Source of the DNA: Klebsormidium nitens
Taxonomy: Eukaryota > Plantae > Klebsormidiophyceae
Length of the DNA: 64,000 nucleotides
Assembly: GCA_000708835.1 (NCBI GenBank)
Contig: DF237041.1
Span: forward strand, 62,001 to 126,000
Direction: 5' to 3'
Shown: one piece after another, positions 34,873 through 46,480 of the stretch
How the letters are laid out: each line of letters starts with the position of its first letter
Position numbering within the stretch: the stretch's first letter is position 1
Notes under the pieces: generated by a model
Database searches by the model: none
Told to the model about the DNA's origin: nothing
The model's input: only the letters and a program-made list of their open reading frames with translations
Made by a program: the position numbers and the translations under genes

Positions 34873-37800
34873 TTAGGCCTCTGGCTTTGAGGCGGCAGCT
34901 GGAATGCAGATCTTCTTGTGACCCGCCCGCCAATCGATCGCCTGTAGGGAAGAGAGACTCAAGCTCGTGAGTAGAGTGCAATAGTGAAGCCTGCAGACCC
35001 GGTCCGTAAGAAATGGTCACCTCGACCAAACGAGACTGTAGTCCGCAACAGTACGGTGTCCAATTCGAAGACGGGTCCACTTTTGTAAACGTCGTAATGG
35101 AGCCAGCTCGCCTTTCTGCTGAGAATAGCAGTCAGCCACAGGAGTTTTAGAATAGCGCACAAAATGAACCCTGAAAACATTGTGAGGTCGGAGCCCTATC
35201 AAGACGCCTCTACAAAGCACAGGAACACACGGCTAGTTAGAATTTCATAACTTGCTGGAACTTACTCGACCAATGTCGTATGCACAAGGTTGCCACCGCA
35301 TTCGATCTGTTGCAGAGTAAGTTAAGGCTCTAGTGACTACTGATTCTGGTTTAAACAACGCTGCGAGATCCAGTTGTCAACAAGACTCGACTTCGACCCA
35401 ACAACGGCACCCGCCTAAGCTCGAACTTAACACTTTTCAGGAACGAGACACCTAGAATTCCGAATTGCAAGCGTTCGCTTTTTAAGATTTGGAATTGGTG
35501 CGCCAGCCGCTGTGTTGGACAGCCCACCTGGCATTCTTTGGAGCAATAAAAAGTTCCGCACCGCCGCCCGCACTGCTGAAACCGTCCCTTCATGCTTTCC
35601 CGCTGGCGGCACTTCTGCGTAACCGACCACGAAGCAAGCAGATTAGCAAAAGTAAGTTTGCCACCAGCCTGGGACGGGTGGGGTTAGTTAGGGGGTTCCG
35701 GGTGAGTACGGGTGCGGAGCAGGTGACTTTCAGGGTTAGGTCGGAAGTGTTAGTGTAGGAGCTTCCTTTTGCTAGAGCTTACTTTTGCTCAATTGAAGAG
35801 ACAAATTTCCGACGACTTCATGAATTACGACCGGAGCTTGCTTTTGGGCGCCTGAAAGCAGGTCACTTTGTGGAACTCTCGGCTTTCGTCGCAGGATCTT
35901 TGCAAGATGGTGTTCAAGAAAAGTGGTTGGGAGTAAGGACGCATCGCGCACGTGCTCTAGAACACTTCAGCTTAGTTGGGTGGCCCGTTTTCGGTGTTCG
36001 TGATCTGCCGACGTCTGCACGCCTGTCCTACCGAACGTGCCCATCAAGTTCGAAACAAACACGCCAAGCTGACCGTTATAAACTTAACTTCCGCTGGGTC
36101 TCGGCGAAATTCTGACAGAAAACGACAACCACACACTACTCGTCACTGTAGTCCATGTTCGCCCATCAAGTTCGAAACGAAACACGCCAAGCTGACCGTC
36201 ACAAATTTAACTTTCCACTAGGTCTCGGCCAGATTCTAACAAAAACCGACAACCACACACTACTCGTCACTGTAGTCCATGAAGATGCTGGCTCTTGTTG
36301 GAGTTACAATCTGAAGAATGTTGACTTGTCAAATTTAGATACGAAATACACAAGAAGCTCAAGAATTGAATCAATCAGCGTGTTACAGGGCTAGGAACTC
36401 GGCCAGAAAGACAGTTCTTCAAATACACAGCACTTGCAAATTTAAGCAAAGAGTAAACCTCACTTAGCCAGTCCTTCGGTGCCAAATCAGTCCATTCACG
36501 CAAGCGCTTAAGTGCTACCGCCGTTCAACGACATCAGTCTCTGCGGATCCGTCCAAAGGCAGCCCAAATGAGCAGAACGTGAACCAAATAGAACGAAGGT
36601 CCTTTCAAGTCGTGTCTCAAACGCTCACCGCCACCAGTGGGCATTTCTTGAGCCCCGCCTCCGCTGCGGCCCTCCCCCAAAGCGCCTCCGCCGTCCCCCC
36701 CGCTTCGCTCCAGCACTCCCCCGCCCTCAACTTCCACAAAAGCTCCGGATCGTCCGACTGACGCATCGTTTCCATACGGGCGACGCTCCGCTCGTCGTCG
36801 AAATCGCGCCGCGCCAGAAACCTGGTCACGATGTCCACGCCCCTCGACCGTACAAACTCGAGGTACGCACCGCCTTCTACTGCCCGGGAGAGAAGTTTCA
36901 GGGCCTGCGCGCAGGCCGCGCGAGCGCGCGCCCACAGCGGCGCGTCGTCCGCCCAGAAGTCGCGCATCTCCCACGAGTGCAGCTGCCGGAGCTCCTGCGT
37001 CGGCAGCCGTTTCGGACCGTCCGGATCCGCAGCTCGACCGTCCGATTGAAGAGCAGAGTCGTCCGAGGGCCCGGCACCACCGTCCAAATGCGTCGCACCA
37101 GTGTCCGCATGCGCCACACCAGCGTCCGAGTGCGGAGCACGACCGTTCGCATACGGAGCACGGCCGTTCGCCTGCGGAGCACGCCTGTCCGACTGCGGAG
37201 CACCTGTGTCCGAATCCTCGCCGGAGCTGCTGCTATCGTCCGAAGGCCTGTCCACCAATCGGGCCGCGGTCAGCAGCAGCTCGAGAAGCGCTTTCACGAG
37301 ACCCTTTTTTGCCCACACCTGCGCCAACGCCCCCGGGGCATCGTCCCGGGTGCTCGCCTCCAACACTGCCAACACGTGGAGCCCCGCCCTTGCGGGGCCT
37401 TTGACGATCGCCCGAGCCGCGGCTCTCGCCAGCCCTAGTTCTCGAGCGATGTCCGGCAGCTTCGCGGCCGCCGCTTGGTCGTCTCTGACGTCGGTCCGGA
37501 GGATGACGTCACACAGGACCCACCCTTTGTACATGGCATCGCGCGCCCAGGCCGCGCGCGCGTCATCGGACTCGCGCGCCGTTTCGGACGCGTCTCTGCG
37601 GTAGTGTTGGACGGCATCGCGTCCGAGTTGGAGGGCGCCCCGCTGAGCGGCGGCCAGCCGGCAGGCGCCGGACTGGGTGCAGTATACGCCGATCTGTAGA
37701 GCAGCGAAACAGGTCTGCGTGTTTCGGAATGCTGACGGGGTGAGTCTGAGAGGATCTCGGCCTTCTTTTTGGCACAATCTGAGCATCGCTTTGACGTCTA

Positions 37801-40800
37801 CTGACGACATTACTTGGTCGAAGCATTTACTTTGCAGCCGAGCTTCTCCCCTGAAGGGTGGACCGTTGGTCTGTAAGTGGGAGCGACGAGTGGTCCGTTT
37901 TCGCAGCTCGTCGCTTTCCCGTTGTTAAACGGACACGTGAAGCTACTCAAGATGGATCTCACACTTGGAAGAGTTTACCAAGAAGCTGGTTGAGACTCCT
38001 CTACAATCCGGCTATGCTCGGAGACAGCGGACAGTGCAAGGACGGATCAGACCTTTCGGTAATGACCAGCTTGCAAGGAACATGCGGATCTGCAGCTTCC
38101 ATGCGGTCATCAGAAGTCGACCGTTTGAATCATGTCTCAACCGCAAATCTCGGTACTTCGCAGGACTAGATACGAATATGAAAAGGCTCACTCAAAGCAA
38201 CCCTCGGCGGAACGGGAAGTTCGACTGTTTTGAAAGGCAAGTCACAATCTGGTGAAAGACTCGTGTGAACAAGAGGCTTCGACCACACGAACACTTTTGA
38301 AGGGCGACAGCCTTCCAGGTCGTCCGTCCGTTAAAACGTGGAACCAAGGCAGAAACTCCCCCATCGCATCAAGCGCTGCAGGACAAAAGAAGATAAATGA
38401 ACATAAAAACAAGCCACGATAGAAGTAAGCTCCGACTAACACCTAAAGCCCTAACCCAAGAATATAGCTGCTCCGCACCCATACCCACCCTAACCACCAA
38501 ACCAACCCCACCCGTCTCAGTGCGGTTACCCAATTCTAATCTCGGCTTCTTTATTTTTTATTAAGTTCAATCAGAACAACGCTTACCAGCATCAGCGACG
38601 CCCAGAGCACGCCCGGGTGGAGGTCCCGCCACCGCCGAACCGTCCAGTCGACAATCCGCAGCATTGTCGCGTCGTGCTCATCTTCCTGATCGGACTCCTC
38701 CAACCGGCCCCTGTTCAACACGTCTATAAATACCAGAATATTCATGGCCTCCTCAGCCCGCTCTAATTGCGCGAGACAGTCACCCAGAGTCCCCTCCAAA
38801 AGCTCGACGAGAGCCCCCCCGCAGGCCGGCGTCTTCGTAACCCTCCCAGTTAGCGAGCGGGTTAGCCATGACGAAACCTTTTACCAGCGCCACGCAGCTC
38901 TGCCGGATGACGGCCAGCTCTTTGACGCCGCGAAGGACCGCGTTCTCTTCCTGGGACTTGAACAATGACGCCAGCTCAGCGGGGGACAATCGTGGGCGCG
39001 GGGCGGCTTTCTTGACCTCTGTCGGACGGGGAAGAAAGTGTTCCACCGAAGGAAGGCCTTCGCTGAGGTCGATCTCTGTCCTCCCGGGAATCGACGCTCC
39101 GCTTAGCTCCGCCTCAAGTTCCTTAAGGACGCGCGTCACGAGCGCTTTGGTTTTCGATGGTACAGTCTGAGCGGTGAGCAACTCCGTGCCTAGTCGGTGT
39201 GCTTTTCTGACGAGCTTTCTGCGCGCGCCGCGCCATACGTGGAGCGCGCCAAACGCGCCCCACGTGCGGTCTATCCACCTGGGAAAGTGTGCGTCTTCAC
39301 TCCCGGCCAGGCGCTGCCTCTGCCAGACCATAAGGCGCACAAAATACTCGGCGACTTCGTTCCGCTTCTCGTGGAACAGTGGCGCGAACGACGGCCGCTG
39401 CTGCCCCGCGGCCTCAAGAGTGCACATCAGAAGCTCAGAGACGTGAGCAACGTCGAAGTTTATGTTCCGGCGCGTGAAGTACATGGAATGCTCGAACCCC
39501 GGGGGCGGCCAGACCCGGATCAAGACGAGGATAAGCTCTGAGCGGGCGGCTGTCTCGGCAAAGGCACTGCTGGTTTCTAACAGTCCCCACACAAGGGCTA
39601 AAGTCTCCCGGAACCAAGACAGCCGCTGTGTAAGAAAGTCCTCCGCGTGCGGCCGCAGGAGCTCTCGAGGGGTCATAAGCTGAGCCCACAATCGGAATCG
39701 CTGGAAGAATGCAGCGAGCGCGTCGACCAGCCCGGCGGCTAGGAGCTTCGAGCCGAAGTCGGGGATTTTGCAGAGGCGCCGGAAGAGGAGAATCAGCGTG
39801 CTGATGTCGCTGCGGTCGAGCACTTGGGGTTGGCTGAGGAAGGCGTCGTTGGTTAGAAGCTGGACTAGCGCCTGGGAGAACTCCTCATGCTTGAGAAGGG
39901 CGTTCGCCTGGAAGGAAAATTATGAGACGCATCAAAGATGTGACAAATGTAAAGCTTGTGTCCTGCCTTCAACAGTTTCTGTGGCCTTTTCTGACCGCAT
40001 CACAGAGACTTCTGCAGATTTCAATCAGTAAACGGATGGCAGGTAAGATCAAAGATGAGTAGCTGTGTTCAATCACGCAGCCTGATTGGAGGGTGCATCC
40101 CCAGAAGTTTGTGGCGCTTACAGACAAGGCCACCTCAAACTGGCCCGCCGATAGATCTTCACAGCCTTGATCTTCACAGCCCCAGATTTGTGGCTCCTAT
40201 TTCCTTTCGATATCCTTTCTGTGGAAACTTTCACCCTCGTCGCTGACTTGTTCAGCGTGCAGTCCTATCTGAGAGCCTTTTTCCAGAGAACAAGCTTCTT
40301 TTGACATGATGCAGCATTGTGGTTCATTAAGACAAGGGGCCGAGTAAAGAGAAAACTTCTAAGACCATCCGGCTTAGTGCCCCCATATTGCCTCGCCCTT
40401 TGTCTAGCAGCTCGTTGTATACCTTCTGCATTTTCACCCGTAAAAAGAACACGTGTACCAGATCTCAAACACTCTTAGTGTCCTGCCCAGGACACTTACC
40501 TTCTTCAGACTTTTGTTCGGATCCAGCAACAGATTCGGGGTCTCGCCATCCTGCAGCACGTAGTCATGCTCCTTCTTCCCCCCAAAGGTTTTTGTAAGCT
40601 TGTCCAAGTCTCTTAAGGCTTCTTGAATGCATCCAAGGTCACCGCTCACCAGTAGAGCAGCTAGCTTGGGACTAACACCTTCCTGTAACAAAAAGAAAAT
40701 GAGACACTTCTTTTGGACGCGATTCCTTTGTCAACCAAGTATACTGCTTACCGATAAGCAGCTAGCTGGGGACCATCAGCTTCCTATAACAAAGGAAAAG

Positions 40801-41125
40801 AAAGTCACAGTCCCTAAAGTTGGGATTTTTGCTAACTCAGCACACCTGACATTTGGTGCTGATGAGTGATCTAGGGCAATGCTGACACATGGAATCAAAT
40901 CTCATGTAACAGAAGGAAACCTTGCGGCTCAAAGGTTTGCAGAACTTTTTCAAAAAGCAACGAGAGTCCTGGCTTGTAAAATGCCGCTTCTTGTGATCCT
41001 CATGCTTCAATGTACGACCTATGTTTCGTGAAGCTAGAAAGTATGAAGGGTTGGGGCATCACCTTCTTCTCTGAGACGGTGCCACCAGTCTCCACACTCC
41101 TTGCAGGCACCATTGGTGCTGGCAT
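34873..41125 (-). CDS. Large helical (ARM/HEAT-like) protein with C-terminal MYND zinc finger; one-base frameshift at 38814-38820
   Basis: Exons ~41059-41125 (tentative start), 40500-40682, 38587-39907 (1321 nt, frameshifted), 36629-37870, 35528-35614, 34873-34941. Spliced C-terminus CPLVAKC..FQQCGRRCGTFYCSKECQAIDWRAGHKKIC is a MYND consensus. The helical-repeat call is inferred from composition only. Confidence 0.8.
35669..35768 (+). repeat. Arm A of ~100-bp inverted repeat
   Basis: ctgggacgggtggggttagttagggggttccgggtgagtacgggtgcggagcagg..gggttagg..gtgttagt..ggagctt aligns by eye (roughly three-quarters identical) to the reverse complement of 38422-38520. Confidence 0.8.
36039..36281. repeat. 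122-bp tandem duplication in a MYND-gene intron
   Basis: gcccatcaagttcgaaac..cgacaaccacacactactcgtcactgtagtccatg starts at 36039 and again at 36161. Confidence 0.9.
38422..38520 (-). repeat. Arm B of ~100-bp inverted repeat
   Basis: Reverse complement reads ctgagacgggtggggttggtttggtggttagggtgggtatgggtgcggagcagc..gggttaggg..gtgttagtcggagctt, matching 35669-35768. Confidence 0.8.
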
Positions 41126-41802
41126 TGGGCAGCCGCTACTTGCTGAAACAATCTTTCCAACCTCAACTACTGCTCAACAAGTTGGCATTCTACATTGAAG
41201 TCGTCTTGAACTTGAAGTTGAAGGAAGATTCTGGAAAGCGAGATCTCGCTGCATTGCGGAGAAAAGGCGCGCATGCATGCACATGTTCAGTACGCACGCT
41301 TTCGAGGCCTTGACACAATGCTTTCATTTCCCCTCACATTCGAGCCTCCATGTGGGTAGTAGGGGAGGTAGGAGTGTCACTGCAAAACTTGGCGAAGGCG
41401 GCGACTCAGTCAGGCTAAATATACACGAGTTGTCGCCGGAAAACTTCAAGTTAAAGTTCAGGGTTGGCTTAAAGATGGGGGCTCCCCCTGGGCCTTGGCT
41501 CCCCCCATCAATCGAGATCGTCGACGCGCCAGCCAAGTTTGAGCTGCAGCCCTTCCGATTCTTCGCTCAAGTGCGTACTGAAGTTCTGACGTGATTTGCA
41601 AAGCAGCGCAGACTGGCCGTCATGGCTGCCGCCTTTGGCATTGTTGAAATGAGCTGGGAGCACCGTTCGAAAATGCATGGTGGTTTGATTGAAAAGTGCA
41701 TTCCCTGAAGCTGTTCCTAATCTGGTGCAACAGACGGCGAATACGGCAGTTCAAGCGTAGTGACTACGGGCCAGGCGCTAGTCTGATTGCAGCACACTGA
41801 CA

Positions 41803-44623
41803 ATGGAAGGCGCAGATGGAAGCATGAATGTTCCAACGCAAGCAGGGACAGCATCAAAGGCGGTGTGGCGTGATATCCTCAACCAATTGCTGGCCTCAGA
41901 GGACTCTTCAGCGATAGAGAAGCTTGGGGCAGCTGCGCGATCTTCTCTGACTGATATCCTCAAGGAAGGGTCTGGGGTGGGTCATCTCTGGCCGCCAGTC
42001 CTAAAGGTAAGCCTGTCGTTAGGTTTTCACACTTGTTCTTATGAAAGCGGTTGCCACATGAATCACCTTTTTGTTCCGGCACCACATACATGTTTAGAAG
42101 CTCTACAATTACTTGACTTTCCAGGTGGCATTGCCTAAGCAAGGGGGACACTTTTCACAAGCATTGCTGTCCTTTGGCTCGACCACTGAGAACATCAAAA
42201 GTTCCAGCAGCCACACATCATCATAGGCATCAGGTCCTAAAATCGCGAACATGGTTTCTTAAAAGCAGCCCGTTGCAAGATGATGTCAAGTCACAGTTCC
42301 CTCGTTCGCAGTGTATCTGAGTCCTCCCTGACTATATACGTCGCTGTTTTCTAAACAGGGCCTCTCGGTTCCTTTGGAAATCAGCACCTTAACAAGTCCT
42401 GACAGCAGCCCGACAGTCGCCCTCTTCCACCGACGCGCTTCCGTCTACATGGATCTCCTGCAAATCCTGCTTGCGGCTCAACTAGAGCTACCCAAGAGGG
42501 GCACAGAAGAAAAGGCCCAAGTATCAGATGCCATCCTTGCTAGCACGGTCTATGCTTTAATAGGGTCAGAGGGAACTGATGGCTCCATCTGGACGAATCC
42601 AGAACTTTCCAGAAAAGCACACGAAGTCATTCTCCTGGCGGGGAGGCAACCTGTAGAAACCCCACCAGCTGTGCTGCGGCAGGGGGCGCAGAGTCAGGAT
42701 AGCAGCAGTCTAGTTCGGAAACCCCCCACAACATTGGCAACTCCTAAGTCAGAGGAAGAGTCTATTCAGTTGATTCTACTTGCGCATCTTGATAGGTTCT
42801 TATCAAAGCTACACCCCACCCTCCGGACGAAAGCCCCAGGTTCAGACGAGGCCTCGTTCCGGGGCTCCGAGGAGGCGCCACGTGGCGCCGCCATACTGGC
42901 CGCCCACCAGCTCTCCTTCATCATTCGCTCCATCGGCTTTCCTGCTCTAGGCCCTGTAATCAACAAAGCGATGCCAAGTGTGCTCACAGCAGTGGACCAC
43001 TGGGCGCCACCCGTCAAGAAACAGGGCCTCCTAGCGCTAGCTCACGTCGTAGAGAACGTAACGGTGGCGGAACTAAGTTGGTGTGGAGAAGTCGTGATGG
43101 ATGCGCTGTGCAAGACTGCGGTGGGGTGCGATGAGGAGGTGTGGCCGGTCGCGCTGCCGACGCTGGTCACAGCGACGGTCAAGATTGCGGGGAGGGATCC
43201 ACGTCAGAAGTGGTGAGTGACAATTGTACTCTTATCTCACACCTTCTGAGAAACGTTTCTTTCTGATATTGTTCCGGGCTCATGAAACCTTAGGGAAATG
43301 CATTTTGTTTTGTTTGAGGCTGGGCGTCCTGGTGGGTTGATGCCTGTTTTTCAATTCTTCTCCTGGCACCCTGACAACTTTCTGAATGAACACTAGTCTG
43401 CCTGAACGTTCGATTCTCATTTAAGAACTTTTCATGAATTTTTGTAACCATCGGACTTCTTCGACGTTTTTCCATTCTCCCTTTGCTTTCTTTGGACAAA
43501 CCGCCAACGTTCCAGATCTTCTCCGGGTCCTCCTAAGAAACCTGCTTTGAAGCTGCAAGATCTGGATACCAAACAATAGAAAACGTTCTTTCTTCAGGGA
43601 CCACTTGCAAAGCTCAGCGGGACTTGTTGAGGGAGAACGGTCGAACAACAGGCCTTGATGGCTTATCTGACTGAAGCTCGGGGGCTTCAACGTCCCGGTC
43701 ACAGCAGCTACGGGCGCCTGGATGCATGCCAAAGCAACAGTTATATATAGGTCCAAGATGTGCGCTCGTCTACTTTGACTCCTCAGCCCACAATCATCTT
43801 TCTCTGCAGGTACTCCCACGTCCTTTTGCTCCTTCTTCGTGACATGGAACTCCACTATACCGACGTGCCGCGCCGCCTGGTCTGGCTTCGGGGGATCCCT
43901 CCCCTCGTGGACGCCCTCCGCTTGTTCGTGGTTGCGCACTTCAAGCGGCTTATGCCGCTGCTGCTGACGTGGCTCCGGGCGCCGGACGCTGAGACGCGAG
44001 TTCGGACGCTGGACCTGCTGAAGCTGGTGATCTTGAACACGTGGCCACGGATGCCGGCACATGCCGACCGGTGAGCGGCCGCGCTTCAATGACTCCTTGC
44101 ATGGTTCTTTTTGAGGTGCTTTTCAGTTGCTTGGATGTTGGCGTTTGATATTGGAAGCGCAACCAAGTCTTCTCAACATCTTCAGGAGGTGAGGGGTTTT
44201 GATCCGAATTGACAAGACCTGCCAAGAGCTTTATGGTGACCACGTTTCTTGCGTCTCAGAAGGAGATTACTTCGTGCCGAGAATGTTCCGGGCACGACAT
44301 TGGGGCGCCTACGTCATCCCAAGATCACGTCAGCATCTTTGGCGGCTTCTGAGCAGGGGGCTGAACTCGAAGGCCGGCACCTTCACGTCATCCTTGCTGT
44401 CCTAAATGCGCAGGCTGACGAGCGAGCTGAGGAAGGCGTCGGAAGCGAGCGAGCCGGGTCACGACCGGACAGAAGCCCGCGAAAAGAGCGAGGAGGCGTG
44501 CCAACTGCTGCAAAGGTAGAGAGATTGTCATACTCGGTGATTGGAAACTGTGCATTCGAGGGTTGCCAATCTCACCCTTTTGCCTGCGATAATAAATGTT
44601 CAAGCATTGTGTCTTCTGCGTAG
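41803..44623 (+). CDS. TTI2: TELO2-interacting protein 2 (TTT complex subunit)
   Basis: Exons 41803-42006, 42359-43212, 43810-44070, plus an unresolved last exon ending by ~44623. Motifs AVDHWAPPVKKQGLLALAHV and VVAHFKRLMPLLLTWL..DAETRVRTLDLLKLVILNTWPRM resemble the Tti2 C-terminal HEAT region. Confidence 0.75.
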
Positions 44624-46480
44624 AGCCGTTGATTCGCAGGTGAAAAGCCAAGGCCGGTGTTGAGATTGGGGCACTGCGTGTCCATAGCCCCGTGGAAATT
44701 GACCGTATCTCCAAGAATCTGGAAAGGTTGAGAGCTTGAAGCGTTTGTTGATTAGACTGGCGTTGCACAAAGACGGGCTTAATCGTCACGGCTCTCTTAC
44801 CAGACTGCTTGCATGATTGGAAGGCGTCAATTTTGCTGCTTACTCTGATGTCATTCCCCAACGTATCCCTATCCCACAAAAGCTTGCAGCGCTCCGACGT
44901 TCGGCATTCCCAACAGAAGAAAGTGAAACCGAGGCGACTCTGGCGATCCAAGCAAATCGTACACTGCCCCTTCTTTGCCGGAATTAGATTGATATAAACG
45001 CCGTTCCTTTTCCAAGTTTCTGTCGTGTGACTAGATTTGCGAAAGCTGGTTGCACGCATGTGCGAGCATGTCTCTGCAGATCCGCCCATCCGTTCCTTGC
45101 AGCAAATATCGTGACTTCGTATCCGTTCCTTTTTGTAGGTGCAAGGAGCATCAGCAAAGGTGTCAATCCATAGAGGCCCCAGGAATCCGTGCTTAGTGCT
45201 GGTACGGACCGAGTGTACATAGCGGGAAGCCGTTTGTGCGGAGGACTGGACCTGTAGGGCTCGAGAACCTGTAGGGTCGCACCTAGTATTCAATATTGCC
45301 TTGGAGATCGGGCGAACGAGAATTCTGTCGCATAGCCTAAGGGTAGCAATTCCGGGCGTTATCCCTCAAGAGAGACATTACCATCTCAGCCTGATCTCGT
45401 ATAAGTCTGCAAGTTTCGGCCTTCTGTGCCTTCTGTAAATAGCGGAATCATCAAATCAGGTACGTCAAGGTGTTACTGCTGTTATGTGATAGCGGATCTG
45501 TGAGAGGGTGTCACCTTGCGAGCGCGTTCAAGACTCTTCAAGAAATCCTTCTTTACTTGTGACGCTATCCGTGAAACAGATTATGAGCAATGTAGAGCTC
45601 TTTGATCGCTTTGCCAAGCTGAGCTAGAGTGCCATAGCTCTTTTTACGGGCTGAAGGTAGCGTCGGAGGTATTGGAGCGCAGTTGCGGGCCATAGTCTCT
45701 GGCTTGTTGCCGGAACATTGTCAAGGCGATTGATCTAAGCTATCAATCACAATCAAGATCATGAGCGGGAACAAGACGGTCGGACGGTGGTTAGTCATTA
45801 TCAGCATACGAGTCCTGCACTAAAATGGCCGTGAGAAGGGGTACCTTGTGATTTATCGTGCTCGGACTTGCAATTGCCAAGGTACTGGTACTTACCGTTA
45901 CAAATTGCCATCTGGATGTCATTCTTAGTAGCAATAGCTAGGGACGTTCGCAGTGGCAACGTCAATATAGTATGCACGAACTCTGCCAGTCGCATGTACA
46001 ATTGTCGATTGCAGTGTATCAGACATATAGTAAGTCACGCCGCGCGCAAATGATATGTTGCCGGGCCTGCCAGTGACTTGAAGTAACACGGACTGGCCGC
46101 CATGTATCATCAGAAGCAACATATTGCGCCCATCTATATTTTACCACGATCTGTTGGATCTTGATCATGATCCAATTCTCGGTGCATTGGTGCGCATATA
46201 CATGCACTCAACAACAAGCAGCATATCCACAGCCGGGTCTGGTCGCGTGCATGTCGAATCCCTTGATTGTCAGTACGTCAAGCTAGGCATCGCCGCGCGC
46301 CCAGCAGACGATGCGATGCTAAGGGCATATGCAGAACTATAACTAGATTCCAAGGATACAGAGACGTGCCCGATCAATTGACCTTCAACCAAGAACCTTC
46401 GAAAAGGCAAACGTCAAATCAAGACGCACCGATCCGGTGACAGACTTGCTGACATGCGGAATGCAGACACATCCGATCAA

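Noticed and set aside
36831-37826. Several plus-strand ORFs with repetitive RST/VRMR translations
   Set aside because: Antisense readings of the 21-bp repeat and the GC-rich MYND exon.
38422-38520. Interstitial telomere repeat (CCCTAA-like)
   Set aside because: Only scattered CCCTAA motifs with no regular array; better explained as one arm of the inverted repeat.
34873-44623. MYND protein and TTI2 as a co-chaperone gene pair
   Set aside because: Only a loose analogy to ZMYND10/HSP90 biology, and divergent pairing is universal in this window.
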